Assembly: GCA_030704615.1 (NCBI GenBank)
Contig: CM060732.1
Span: forward strand, 58,776,001 to 58,840,000
Origin: Takakia lepidozioides
Lineage: Eukaryota; Plantae; Bryophyta
Direction of reading: 5' to 3'
DNA: 64,000 bases
Part shown: positions 52,101 through 64,000 of the stretch, piece by piece
How the letters are laid out: each line of letters begins with the position of its first letter
How positions within the stretch are numbered: position 1 is the stretch's first letter
The notes under the pieces: generated by a model
The model's database searches: none
What the model was told of the DNA's origin: nothing
Seen by the model: the letters and a program-made list of their open reading frames with translations, nothing else
Made by a program: the position numbers and the translations under genes

Positions 52101-53551
52101 AGGGCAAAGAGGTGCATGGGGATAGCATCAAAGCTGGAATTGTACCTAATGTCATTCCATACACTGCCCTGGCAGTTCCATGGTGACACCTTCAGAGCTG
52201 GAATAGTACCAAATGTCATTTTGAACAATACCCTGGTGGACATGTATGCAAAATGTGGGTGCATCGGGGATGCAAAGGGAGTGTTCAACACTATGGCTGA
52301 ACGAGATATGGTGTCGTGGAGTGCGATGCTTGCAGGGTATGCAAAGCAGGGACATGGGATGGAGGCTTTGGAGACCTATGAGCAACTGATGGGGGAAGGG
52401 GTCCAACCCGGCCACATCATGTTTGTATGCATTGCAGGCCTGGCAGCCCTGGAGAAGGGCAAAGAGGTGCATGGGGATATCATCAAAGCTGGAATTGTAC
52501 TGCCCTGGCAGCTCTGGAAAAAGGGAAGGAGGTCCATGGTGACACCTTCAGTGCTGGAATTGTACCAAATGTCATTTTGAACAATACCCTAGTGGATATG
52601 TAGGCAAAATGTGGGTGCATCGGGGATGCAAAGGGAATGTTCAACACTATGGCTGAACGAGATGTGGTGTGGTGGAGTGCGATGCTTGCAGGGTATGCAC
52701 ATCAGGGACGTGGGATGGAGGCTTTGGAGACCTATGAGCAAATGATGGGGGTCCAGCCCAGCCACATCATGTTTGTATGCATTGTAGGCCTGGCAGCCCT
52801 GGAGAAGGATAAAGAGGTGCATGGGGATATCATCAAAGCTGGAATTGTACCTAATGTCATTCCATACACTGCCCTGGCAGCTCTAGAAAAGGGGAAGGAG
52901 GTCCGTGGTGACATCTTCAGAGCTGGAATTATACCAAATGTCATTTTGAACAATACCCTAGTGGACATGTATGCAAAATGTGGGTGCATCGGGGATGCAA
53001 AGGGAATGTTCAACACTATGGCTAAACGAGATGTGGTGTCGTGGAGTGCGATGCTTGCAGGGTATGCACAGTAGGGACGTGGGATGGAGGCTTTGGAGAC
53101 CTATGAGCAAATGATGGGGGAAGGGGTCCAGCCCGGCCACATCATGTTTGTATGCATTGCAGGCCTAGCAGCCCTGGAGAAGGGCATAGAGGTGCATGGG
53201 GATATCATCAAAGCTGGAATTGTACCTAATGTCATTTGAAACATTGCCCTGGCAGCTCTGGAAAAGGGGAAGGAGGTCCATGGTGACACCTTCAGAGCTG
53301 GAATTGTACCAAATGTCATTTTGAACAATATCCTAGTGGACATGTATGCAAAATGTGGGTGTATCGAGGATGCAAAGGGAGCGTTCAACACTATGGCTGA
53401 ACGAGATGTGGTGTCGTGGAGTGCGATGCTTGCAGGGTATGCAAAGTAGGGACGTGGGATGGAGGCTTTGGAGACCTATGAGCAAATGATGGGGGAAGGG
53501 GTTCAGCCCGGCCACATCATGTTTGTGTGCATTGCAGGCCTGGCAGCCCTG
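49145..53551 (+). repeat. Tandem array of 12 PPR S-P-L modules (~355-385 bp each)
   Basis: Units start near 49152, 49537, 49891, 50247, 50623, 50979, 51352, 51707, 52063, 52419, 52769 and 53143 (partial 53519). Unit protein: AALEKGKEVHGDIIKAGIVPNV...VILNNTLVDMYAKCGCIGDAKGVFNTMAERD-VVSWSAMLAGYAQQGRGMEALETYEQMMGEGVQP. Scattered stops and indels. Confidence 0.95.
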
Positions 53552-53599
53552 ATTTAAATCAGGCACCTCAACCATACCACAGCTTCTAAAAGAGGATCA

Positions 53600-54210
53600 A
53601 GAGAGGGAGTCCATAATGCCTCTTCTTGCTCTTCTGGGCATGTGAAGATGCTTTGTGAGGCAGGCAGACTGAAAGAGGCTCTACAACCTTTAAACCAAGG
53701 AGCATTTCAGTCACATTATCCAAAGTGGATTCACACCAAGTGTTTTTCTCCTCAACCCCCTTGTGAACATGTATGTTAAGTGCAGGAGCATCATGAATGC
53801 ACACCGAGTGTTCAACGGAATGCCTCAACGAACTTTGATCACGTTGAATATAATGTTGGCAGGATTTAACATGGGTGTGGTAGGAATGCTTGGAGACCTA
53901 TGAGCAACTGCTGCGCAAAGGGGTGAAGCCCAACCACATCACATTTGTTTGTAATGCATGTGCAAGCCTGGGAGCTCTGGAAAAGGGCAAAGAGGTCCAT
54001 GGTGACATCGTCAATCTGGAATTGTACCCAATGTCATTCTGAACATTGCCCTGGTGGACTGCATGTATGCCAAATGTGGGTGCATCGAGGATGCAAAGGA
54101 AGTGTTTGACAGTATGGTTGAACGAGATGTGGTGTCGTGGAGTGCGATGATTGCAGGATATGCACAGCAAGGGCGCGGATGGAGGCTTTGGAGACCTATG
54201 AGCAATGATG
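53600..54210 (+). pseudogene. Additional divergent PLS-PPR fragments
   Basis: HIIQSGFTPSVFLLNPLVNMYVKCRSIMNAHRVFNGMPQR and MYAKCGCIEDAKEVFDSMVERDVVSWSAMIAGYAQQG, frameshifted. Confidence 0.8.
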
Positions 54211-55161
54211 CGGGAAGGGGTGATTCCCCATGGAAAAATAGCTCCAAGAAACCTGCATGGGTAGATGGTCAACTGGAAGCCGCAGCAGCAGCGGCACAAT
54301 TGATAAAATCAGGCAATGCTAATCAAGGCACCTTCTTCACCCATTTCACTCTGTTTTTCCCTCTTATCAGAATCGCCCCAAATTTTCATGTTTTAAGAAT
54401 TCTGCAAGTTAGCTGGTTGAATGAACTTTTGATAGTTTGGAGTGACTTTGACATGATATTGCCAAAGTGACAATAGGAAAGTATCCAGAAATAGGTAACA
54501 GAGAGGAGAAGCTGTGGAATGAATACTTTTCTGACCCCAGTCAATGTTGGGACAACCGTCTTGGAAGGTAAATGCCTTTGGATTACAGAGTGGTAGATGC
54601 AATTGAGAATAGAAACTGGTGTGATAAGTTGAGTTGGGTGTTTGCTGGAACAAATCTAGGCTGCCATTGTCAGCTGCTAACAGCAATGCAAGGATGTATG
54701 CATGATCTGTGCAGAGGCATGGATAGCTGAAGGAGTAGGGATAGAGTGTCATCCAAGAGGGCCAGATTTCAAGCTCCAGATTATTTATGATTCCCTGTGG
54801 AGGGTTAGCTACAAGAAACCTGCATGGGTAGATGGTACATAGTTTGGAGTGATTTTGATATGATACTGCCAAAGTGACAATAAGAAAGTATCCAGAAACA
54901 TGTAACAAAGATGAGGAGAAGCTGTGGAATGAATGCTTTTCTGACCGCAGTCAAGGGTGGGACAACCGAGGGAAAAAGGTGAATGTCTATTAGATTACAG
55001 AGAGTAGGAGACGCAACTCAGTATAGACACTAAGGCAAACTCTCCTTCCCTGCAAAGGGTGTGTTTTGGTATCTGAGCGAATAAATATAATTTCTAAAAA
55101 CATAATTTCAATATTTTGTTATTTAATAATGTTCTCATCTAGGCCAATGTCCATTTTTCCT

Positions 55162-55192
<31 letters not shown>

Positions 55193-56911
55193 TAAATTAA
55201 ATCCATTAATATTCAAACTTCCGTGGACTTTTCCACAAGGCCACCCGAGAGCCATGCCGTCCACGGGGTGTCCGAAAGCACTAGTCGTTCCTTACACCCA
55301 CGACAGGTGTGGACTGCGGCTGATTCCACAGCAAAAAGTGTGGAAAAAGCCGTGGAAAAAGCCGGTTTCTCTTCTAGTGATCCGGGGTACTGAATGATTA
55401 TAAGAGATGAAAGAGGGAGACGGGCTAAGGGATGAACTATGGAGAAAAATAAGATTGGATTTAAGAAAAAAGCTCCTCCCATGATGAACATAATGAAATG
55501 AAGCTTGAGTGATGGGAAAGTCGGAAGAAGGGTGGAACCAACAGGAATCACGCTGAATCAGGACAATAGAAAGAACTGCCATAACGAAGAGATGGAGAGA
55601 AAAATAAAACATATAAGAGAAAACATGATATGCCTATCTAGCGAAAGCTGGATTTGGGGGTTTGAGTATGCTGGTGTCTGCGAGGGTAGTGAGAGCCCCG
55701 TAGGTATTGAAAGAGACGGGGAAGTGCCCAGAAGACCGTTGGGGGTCGTCTTGCAGCTCCGCCATCGCTCCCTTCGCATCCTCCTTCCCTGGATGATTTC
55801 TTGACTAAAATTTCCATTTTCTCCTGTTCGGTTATTAAAAAATAATAAAATTCCAAAGATTTTTGTTTTGTATCAATATGATGAATTAGAGGGCTGTTTC
55901 CCCCTTTTTTCTTTTACAAATCCAATGATAAAAAAAGAAGTGATGATCAAAGCGCTTTCTCTTGGGACTTTTGGGCTCCCCTCCTTTGCTTTTGTCTCTT
56001 TCTACCCTCAGCTACCAGGCTACCCCTTAGCTACATGCCAAACACACCACACACGGGCTTCTATCCTTTACACATAGAGAATTTTTTCTAGATCATCAAA
56101 ACCCATCTACCCATATATCATCCATCTATAATTAGATTCATCCATCCACATCTACATTTCATCTATAATTATGGATGAAATTCATCTATACTTACTGAAA
56201 GCATCAAACTAGCCGTCACCCATCTCTATCTAAAGATGGGAGTGCACAGTGATACATTGCATGGTGCATCACAAACAAGCCTCAAATGGCAGTGCTTTCT
56301 TGCTTTGGCAAAACACTATAAGGGGGACATGACTCAGCACAACACACCAATCGGAGAGCCTTGACATGGTGTAAGTCCTTTGACCACATTTCCTCCGTTG
56401 ACCTCAACATGATGCATAGTCTCTCTCTGCAGAAGAGAGCCAACAAACAGACAGATCGTCCCAATAGGAGCCATTGAATCATTGCACATGTGGATTGGCG
56501 TCAGAAAAGCGATGTGTCCAGTGCAGGAATGATAAGATCTTTTGAGGATGTTTCAGTCCCCATCAAATGCATGTCACACAATTTTGTAGGCCCATTGTGT
56601 TTGCCAATCTTCCGACATTTCATACTTAGTTTATTGTAAACTTTGCTTTTTCTTAACATGCGATCTGTTTTTTGTGGCGCACCCACAATGATAATGCCAG
56701 AGATGTGGCAGTGCCAGGCTGCGTGTACTCGAGGGACGGAAGTCTCGTAGATTCCTCGCAAGTTAGATCACAGCAAATCTGAGTATTTCTCGGGTGAGAA
56801 GTTTGTGTTTTCTGGGACTGGGCTGGGAGTCCACGGGAGTATGTTCTGTGTTCGAGAGAGAAAGAAAGGAATTGGGTCGGGAAATTGAAGCCAGGCCGAG
56901 GCGTGCAGGCG

Positions 56912-59493
56912 ATGGCAGCCGCAGTGCATGATATCACCATAGCCCAGGAGCGCGTGCAGACTCTGGCAGAGCAGGGCCTCTGGGAGATTCCAAGCACCTA
57001 CATCCGACCACTGGAGGAGCGCCCCACCAATTGTGCGACTGCAGGTGTGCGAGACATACCTGTGATCGACCTCGCAAGTCTCGAGAAAGGGCGGCCCAGA
57101 ATTGTTGCTGATGTGGGGCGTGCCTGCGAGGAGTGGGGCTTATTTCAGGTTATATGCTCTCTCTTCGGTTTCAATGTGTCATCGCGTCCGCAATTATTAA
57201 CGATTATGACCTTACAAAATATCTCTTTGTTAGTGTTGCTATTTTTAACATGGTCCACACATTACACCTGCTACACACAGATTCCACCTAGGAGATTCGG
57301 ATCTTCAGGTACCTTGGTTAGCCATGGGCAAGTTCAGTGTTCAAGGGAAGTTTTGAGTGCTTATGCATCTTGCTGTGATAGGTGGAATGGCTGAGGATGA
57401 CACACCAAGCCAAGGCTTAATCAGCAAAAGCCTTTTCCTAGATATTGAAGAAGTTTAGATTTTGTGGGTGAGTACTGGATGTAATGTGCTGCAGGTGATA
57501 AACCATGGAGTCCCATTGCCACTCCTTGAGAGAATGCGGGAGATTGCAGGTCATTTTTTTGCAATGTCACTGCAAGAGAAGCTCACCTACGCATGCAAGG
57601 AAGGCAGCACAGCTCCTGAAGGCTATGGAAGCCGTATGCTGGTAAAGGAGGAGCAAGTGCTGGACTGGCGTGACTACCTGGACCACCACACTCTGCCTCT
57701 CTCCCGGCGGAATCCCTCTTGCTGGCCTTGCCAACCCACCTACTATCGGTGAGTACACCTTAGGCCTTTGACTTTTCGTGCTTGGTTTTGGTATAGTAAA
57801 ATAATTTACTCTTTTGGCAAGGGCAATGGCTGGTTGTTGGATTAAAGAGTCTCTATGGTGACACTAATACGCAGATCCTTGTGCCCACTTGCATGTCTTA
57901 GTGCATGAATTAGGGGGTCGGAAGGATGTGGGAGACATATTTCATTGCACTCTGACAAAGATGGATAATGTAGAGGATGTATGGGGCCATCAATTCAAAG
58001 CTGTCGAGAAACTTCACTACTGTGTCTAACATGATGTGACCAGTCAAGAGAACCACGACAATCATGAGCACTATGTAGCATAAGAACTGAGAAAAGCAAA
58101 GCTTTAGCTAGGCTATACACACTGTCAAAGGCAAGCCTGGGCCCTGTTCAATATCTGCCTCAAAATCAGTGTTTTGCTAGGGCCCTGCATGCCAGCACTT
58201 GAATCTACCGTGTTCTCTCTCATTGACTAAGTCCGAAATTTTAATACGTTATGTGGCTGCCCTGTCAACAGGATGTGTCCTTCATTCCGTCAAGAAGTAT
58301 ACTTTCCAAGGATTTCTCTCTAATGTATTGCTTTGGTCCTTCCATTCCCATGCTGGTGGTCCTTCTGCCACTCTCCCCTCTCTCCTCCCCTGGTCTATTT
58401 GGTGCCAGGGAGACAGTGGAGGAGTACAGCGAGGAACTGAAGGGGTTAGCACAGCGTCTACTGGGGCTCATCTCGGAGAGCCTTGGGTTGTCACCATCTT
58501 TCATCGAGGATTCTATTGGAGACCCATATCAGAATATCACTATCAACTACTACCCACCGTGCCCTCAGCCACATCTCACACTGGGTCTGCAGGTACCATC
58601 TTTCCACCTTTTCATCCTGTGCTTGTACTGTACTCTCAATGGTCCGTTGAAGAACGGAGTAGAATTAGATGAGCTTCATGGAGACTTTTGGAAAATATTT
58701 GGGCTGTCTATTTGGCACTGAAATGTTGACAATCTGTTTAGGGATAGGTTGTCATGGTTCCATGTGTTAGCGGGGTCTTTGTATTGGTCGGTGCAGGCAC
58801 ATTCAGACATGGGAGCGATCACACTGCTGCTGCAGGACGATGTGGCAGGTTTGCAGGTTTACAAGGACTATGAGTGGATTGTGGTTCAGCCGTTGACAGA
58901 TGCCTTTGTTGTCCAGCTGGGTGACATGCTGCAGGTGTGACTCTCTGCCCTTTTGAATTCAACTCATTTACGCCCACATTCGCCTAACAGTAACCACATT
59001 TGATTAATCCCAAGTGTCCCCGAAGAATATGAGTCGACTCTGTTGGCAGTTGCCACAAGGTCACAGTTGCCAATGACAGTCACTTGTCATCAGAGGAATT
59101 CAGGGTCCTCCTTCCTCCGGTTCTGATGGTGAACAGCAAATAGCTACACTAACTTCCTATATAATGACTTGCTGTTGAGATGAGGCAGTGAGTGGGTATT
59201 GTTGTTGGCTTGAAACTTAGTGATTGGGGTGTGGTTGGGGCATGGCAGATCCTGAGCAACGACACATATAAGAGTGTGGAGCACCGTGCTGTTGTAAACA
59301 GGGACAAACCCCGCATATCAGTGGCCACGTTTTACGATCCTTGTAAAAGCATATGCATCAGTCCAGCAGAGCCTCTTTTAGATGATGAGCATCCCCCTCT
59401 TTTTCGTGGAGTCTGTTGGAGAATGTTTCAACCTGGTATTCCCAAGGGCCGGACGGAAAGAAAACTATTGACTCTCTCGTTATCTTCAATTAG
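56912..59493 (+). CDS. 2-oxoglutarate/Fe(II) dioxygenase (DOXC class, JOX/At5g05600-like) with a frameshift in the last exon
   Basis: Exons 56912-57148, 57495-57748, 58409-58592, 58797-58934 and 59249-59493, all GT-AG. Motifs [39 protein letters not shown], RxS. The conserved tail [19 protein letters not shown] is out of frame after ~59415. Confidence 0.85.
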
Positions 59494-60539
59494 GTGTTAT
59501 GGAAGTAGTCTATGCAAGTATGGCTACCACCTGTGTGTCAAAATCACCACCTGCCTGCTGTATTCCAATGCTTGTCTTCACTGGAGCCTTGCATGGCTGC
59601 CTCAGAACAGACAAGGGGATGCTTCCTGCACGAGGTACAAAGGGGGCTGTTGAGGATATAACATCAATCCTACACAGCTAAGGTTTGAACATCACAACTC
59701 CTGTTGTTGATGTCTGGAAGGTGCAGATTCAGGCCAAGCTGGTCACCCCTCAGGAGTTGAAGATTCTCGAAACTAGTGTGGGCAGTAAGCATTACATGAG
59801 ACAAATACTGTGTAACAGCAAAGATTCCGTCATCTGGATATGAGGACTCACTACAATGTATGCCAATATCGGGTACTGATATTGTGTGTGCACAGGTTAG
59901 TGCCGAATATTAGTGTTATGTAATCATACTCCCAGATGGGCCCGTTCAGGAATCAAACACAATATACAGGAGGGTCGAGCCAGAGAGATCTTATCTTTGC
60001 TTTTGGATATCTTCATCCAGTGCGTACCTTTCTATGCCTGTTTCGTGCGGTGGGGTGATATTTGGTGTGAGCTCCTTTCAGCCACATCTGGGTGCCCTGC
60101 TTTCCATCTGTAAAATTGTGTATATCATAATAGATCAATTCCTCCTCTATGTCTCTACCATATTCACTGAAGATTCTCCTTCCTTGAGACGTGGACCGAT
60201 TTGATTGTGAAAAATTACGCTACAGAGAGCACAATAGGAGATATGACGTTGGAAAGCCCGGTGTAAGGGCTACAGTTTACGCCTTTACTTCAGCCCTCCC
60301 TGCGCAAGATTCTAAAAAGACCATCGACCTTTAGGGGTTAGAGAATTTGGAATGCCATGTTGAAAAGGTGATTGTGCTGTACACGGTACTTTTGCATCTA
60401 AATGTCTTTATTCGCAGAATGCACACGCGAAAACAGTGTGTCAGTGAAATCATAGCATACCAAGTGAGACAATTTACCTATGTCTGATTGGCTCCAGACC
60501 ATAGTGGTCTTTTGCAAAGTCGTAAATTATTTGATAGGT

Positions 60540-61690
60540 AGCAGTTTCTGCTGCTTTTGATTGAGAGCACGCGTAAGAGGCCCAATCGACAATTTCTCCA
60601 ATCTATGGATTTGTTCAGTGGTCTGGTCGTTTCGTTGGAAACACAGAAGCGACTTGCTCTGGGATTCTCACAAGAAATGGGCTTTGATTGGAATAGTGGG
60701 CGGCTTGATGAATCTGTGCATCCTATGACAATCAGTGTGTCAGCCCCGTCTGATGTCCGACTTACTTCGCGGTTCAGTGAGACTAAGGTAGAAACACCCA
60801 AATATGAGCAGGTCTCAAAATGGATCCCTATTTTTGGGGTGTAAAGTGGTCCCGCCTGCCTTTAAATGGCGACCTTACTGCCAACGGGCTGATTTAGGTT
60901 CCTTCGTGGGCATTGTGGGCCCCATGGTGCTTTGTTAGGTGAACAAAAACGTACTGAATACTGTGACCAGCGTATTTGCCAAATGGAGGCCTTTTATAGG
61001 ATACCTTTTGCTCTTGTGGGCCGAGCTGTTGGGTGAGTTATTGGGCCATTTCAAGTGCACATCTCGTGCATATCAGGTCACATGTAGGCTTCATATTAGA
61101 TAATATCTCTATAGCTCAGGCATAGCATTTTTGTGCCCTGCCACTTTGATAATATATATCAATTAGCCACTTCGTCCAAAATTCATGCAATTCAAACCAC
61201 GAGCTGTTTGTTCAATTGCTCATCCAGTCATATAATTTTTCCCCTTACTGCACCAATTGTACGGGCATATCTGCTTAAGCGCTCACATTTGGGTGTAACT
61301 ACCTTAATTTGACATCCGGGCTTTTAGCCACTATTCATGAGGCCGGCCATGGGCTGTACGAACAGGGGAGGAATGCTGAAGCATGCAGGGATGGATTACC
61401 GGTTTCAAGACCCCCGGGGTTTGGGTTACACGAGAGTCAGTCGCTCTTGTGGGAGAAGCAGGTGGGCATGAGTGCGGAATATTGGTCTGTAATTCACGAA
61501 GCTTTTCGGCTCTGCCCAGTGGATTCCAAACAGTAATTGATGAAGTCAAGCCATCGTTTATCAGAGTTTCTGCCGATGAGGTCCCTTATGCTCTTGATGT
61601 ACTTCTCCGGTACTTCTCTTGAAATCGAGAAGGATCTAATAGACGAAACAATAAACGCGTCAGACGTGCCTTCAGTCTGGAAAATGAGTA
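60540..61690 (+). pseudogene. Peptidase M32 (carboxypeptidase Taq-like) pseudogene
   Basis: MGFDWNSGRLDESVHP...DVRLTSRF; TIHEAGHGLYEQG (HEXXH); GLHESQS; PSFIRVSADEV; LRY..EIEKDLI..DVPSVW. At least two frameshifts and a MITE insertion; no introns evident. Confidence 0.88.
60786..61304. mobile_element. MITE (519 bp, TA or TAA target) inserted in the M32 gene
   Basis: TIRs AGGTAGAAACACCCAAATATGAGC / GCTCACATTTGGGTGTAACTACCT, with TA on both flanks. Removing it restores the frame RFSETNLTSGLLATIHEAGH. Confidence 0.9.
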
Positions 61691-62171
61691 TCTTAGAATC
61701 ATTCCAGAGACACTGGCGGACGGTTTGAAGCCCAGCATCGTATTGGATGCAACATCTTGCACCATAAAGTTCATTGCATGATTACAGGTCTACAAGAGAC
61801 ACAGCTCGCTCCTGCATTTCAACGTCTGGCACCAATCTCCTCTAACCGCTGAACTCTGAATCCATGATCCTTGCAAACTCAACATGATAACCTCATGATA
61901 ATAATATACATCCCAGCTAATCAGAAGTGAGGCCAGTCTGATTTTGGTTGAAGGCTCAATGACCAATTCTGTACTACGGCCCAGCCCATTCTGGCAGGTA
62001 AGGCTTGTGGACGCATGAACTGGCGCGCGGTAAAATATAAAATGAGGGGAAGAACTTCGATTAAGAAATGATGTCAGTCCATTTTGCCTGCAGAATGGCC
62101 AGACCATTCTGCCTATGTAGTGTCCAGTCGAACAAAATCTAGGTAGGCCCTCTGGAGAATCAGCCACACTT

Positions 62172-63971
62172 TTAAGACTCTGTTGCCAAGGATCTAAGAG
62201 CAAGCATGTGTTTTTTCCCTTGCAGTGCATTGCTGTATATGTTGGTTGTGTGCTCTCTAAATATGATTGATCTGTATACAGCCGGATGTGCTTTGTCTAA
62301 AAGCTCAGGAATAGGTTCAATGTGGGCCTCCGGGCCCGGGTCGTAGAATGTGCCACTCGACATGCGGGACCGTTCAGCATTCACAACGACACGGTGCTCT
62401 ATACTCTTGTACTTTCCGTTGGTCAGTATCTGCAGGAATTTTAGCACATTACAGAAAGAATCATGCATCCTGCAATTTTAGCTCCCAAATCGTGTACATC
62501 TTATGCAAACTATCAGAGATAGCAACAACCCTGTACTTCAAAGATGTCACAACTGGTGTGTAATCTGGCCCACTTCATAACTCCAAGGCTTTGCAGATCA
62601 AGCGATCAAGGAAGAAATTATCCATTGTACAGCTAAGATACAAAACTGTCCAGCAAGCACTCACCTCTAACGAGTCACCCAAATTGACGATTAAAGCACC
62701 AGGGCAGGTCTGCACCCAAACCCAAGCGCCGTCCTTACGCACTTGGAGACCCGGAGTTTCGTCTTGCCAAAGTATTGTGAGGGCACCCACGTCCGAGTGC
62801 CCGCCTAGCCCTATTGCAAGGTCTGGCTGAGGACAAGGAGGGTAATAGTTGACGTTCATGTTCTGGTAAGGTTCTCCGATCGCCTCTTCCAAACGGGACG
62901 AATGCAACCCCAGTGATTCTGAAACCATAGCCAAGAGCCTTCTAGCGAGCTGCGCTGTTTGCAGGCTATACTCTTCAACCGTGTCTCTGTTCCAATACAC
63001 TCGCTAAAGTCAGCACCTTATCCAGGAAATCATGGTCTTTAATCACCTGCTAGGCATCATTCCGGACATTGAGTTCCAAGATCTCACCTTGATCTCACTT
63101 TTAATTTCGTGTTGTTCACATAGTGAGAGAATGCACATGCTTCTTGCGAGGGCAGCTCCCTTTCTAAGACTCCTACACTTTCACATGCCAGCCAGTGAAA
63201 GGGGATCGACGTGTAGACACAGGACGTAGTTGCAATGAAAGCGGAGTCCGAAGCCATCAGCACCTCATGACCAATACTGGACATCCAGACCCAGAAATTT
63301 TATATATGTACCATTCAATTGTCGTTGGGCGGTAGGTGAGCAAAAAATCTATCAATCCTAAGAGGTCGATCTGCCTCAATGGATTCATTTAAAGCCCCTC
63401 CTTACTAATCGGGCATCATTCGAGCTCTTGTATATATGGCATATTTCACGGTTCAAGCATCAAGTGCTGGAATTTTCAGGTAGAGATGCACGTACCTATA
63501 GTGTGGGGGATTGGCAGGCCAGTTGGTGACAACTCTGCGAGAAATTGGCAGAGTGCGATGATCAAAATAGTCTCTCCAATTCAAAATGGCAACCTCATCC
63601 AACACCAATTTGCTGCCGTAGCCTTCAGGAACGAAATGCACCGGGCTTGATTTTGCCGCATACTCCATCCTCTCTTCCAAAGGTAGCCTAAAGAAAGTTC
63701 TGGCACAATCCTGCATTCTTTCCAGCAAGTCCAGGGGAAGGCCATGGTTGACCACTTGGAAAAAGCCCCAATCTTTACAAGCACGCCCTAACTCCGCCAC
63801 AATTTGTACACGATGCTCCTCAGTATCGAAGCCTGCCATGTCGATCACTGGAATGCTCTCTGTGGAAGCAGTAGCTACGTTGTCGGATGGATCCTCTGGT
63901 GTGCGGAATCGATCAGGCACATATCGCAAGCCTTGCTCAACCAGCGCTTGCACTCTCATTTCCTCACCCAT
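62172..63971 (-). CDS. 2-oxoglutarate/Fe(II) dioxygenase (DOXC class), apparently intact
   Basis: Exons 63971-63496, 62986-62665 and 62429-62172, GT-AG and in frame. Motifs [48 protein letters not shown]. Confidence 0.92.
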
Positions 63972-64000
63972 CAATATTGTAGTGTCCGCTGCTGGAACAG

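Larger units (their letters stand above)
47889..55379. mobile_element. CACTA element 2: complete non-autonomous Pack-CACTA (7491 bp) carrying a PPR array
   Basis: Perfect 32-bp TIRs CACTAGAAGAGAAACCGGCTTTTTCCACGGCT / AGCCGTGGAAAAAGCCGGTTTCTCTTCTAGTG; 3-bp TSD ATC (47886-47888 and 55380-55382); no transposase. Confidence 0.95.

Noticed and set aside
49150-53575. A functional PPR gene, and the many minus-strand ORFs over the array
   Set aside because: Stops and frameshifts occur in most units, with no targeting peptide or E/DYW domain seen; the antisense ORFs are shadows of the repeat.

Overview
Eukaryotic nuclear DNA from a land plant. PLS-type PPR fragments, moss-like hAT/Gypsy remnants and a tubulin-tyrosine-ligase-like fragment suggest a non-seed plant, but this is inference. 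Host genes: the 3' eight exons of a DUF3727-type gene (447-3237, +, one GC-AG intron); a BASL/gar2-related gene (16811-~19051, -); and a convergent pair of 2-oxoglutarate/Fe(II) dioxygenases (56912-59493, +, frameshifted near its end; 62172-63971, -) flanking a decayed, apparently intronless M32 carboxypeptidase split by a MITE. About 50 kb in between is nested transposon debris: a TTAA-flanked piggyBac-like MITE, a hAT element and its MITE, two copies of an APE-LINE (one with a 2A-like NPGP motif), a Gypsy pol fragment, an LTR element end carrying a long non-pol ORF, an L1 ORF1, and hairpin and tandem repeat arrays. The most notable structure is a pair of related CACTA elements carrying captured PLS-class PPR modules that were independently amplified into tandem arrays. 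One of them (47889-55379) is intact at both ends, with perfect TIRs and an ATC target-site duplication. All family calls come from motif recognition by eye; no database searches were run.
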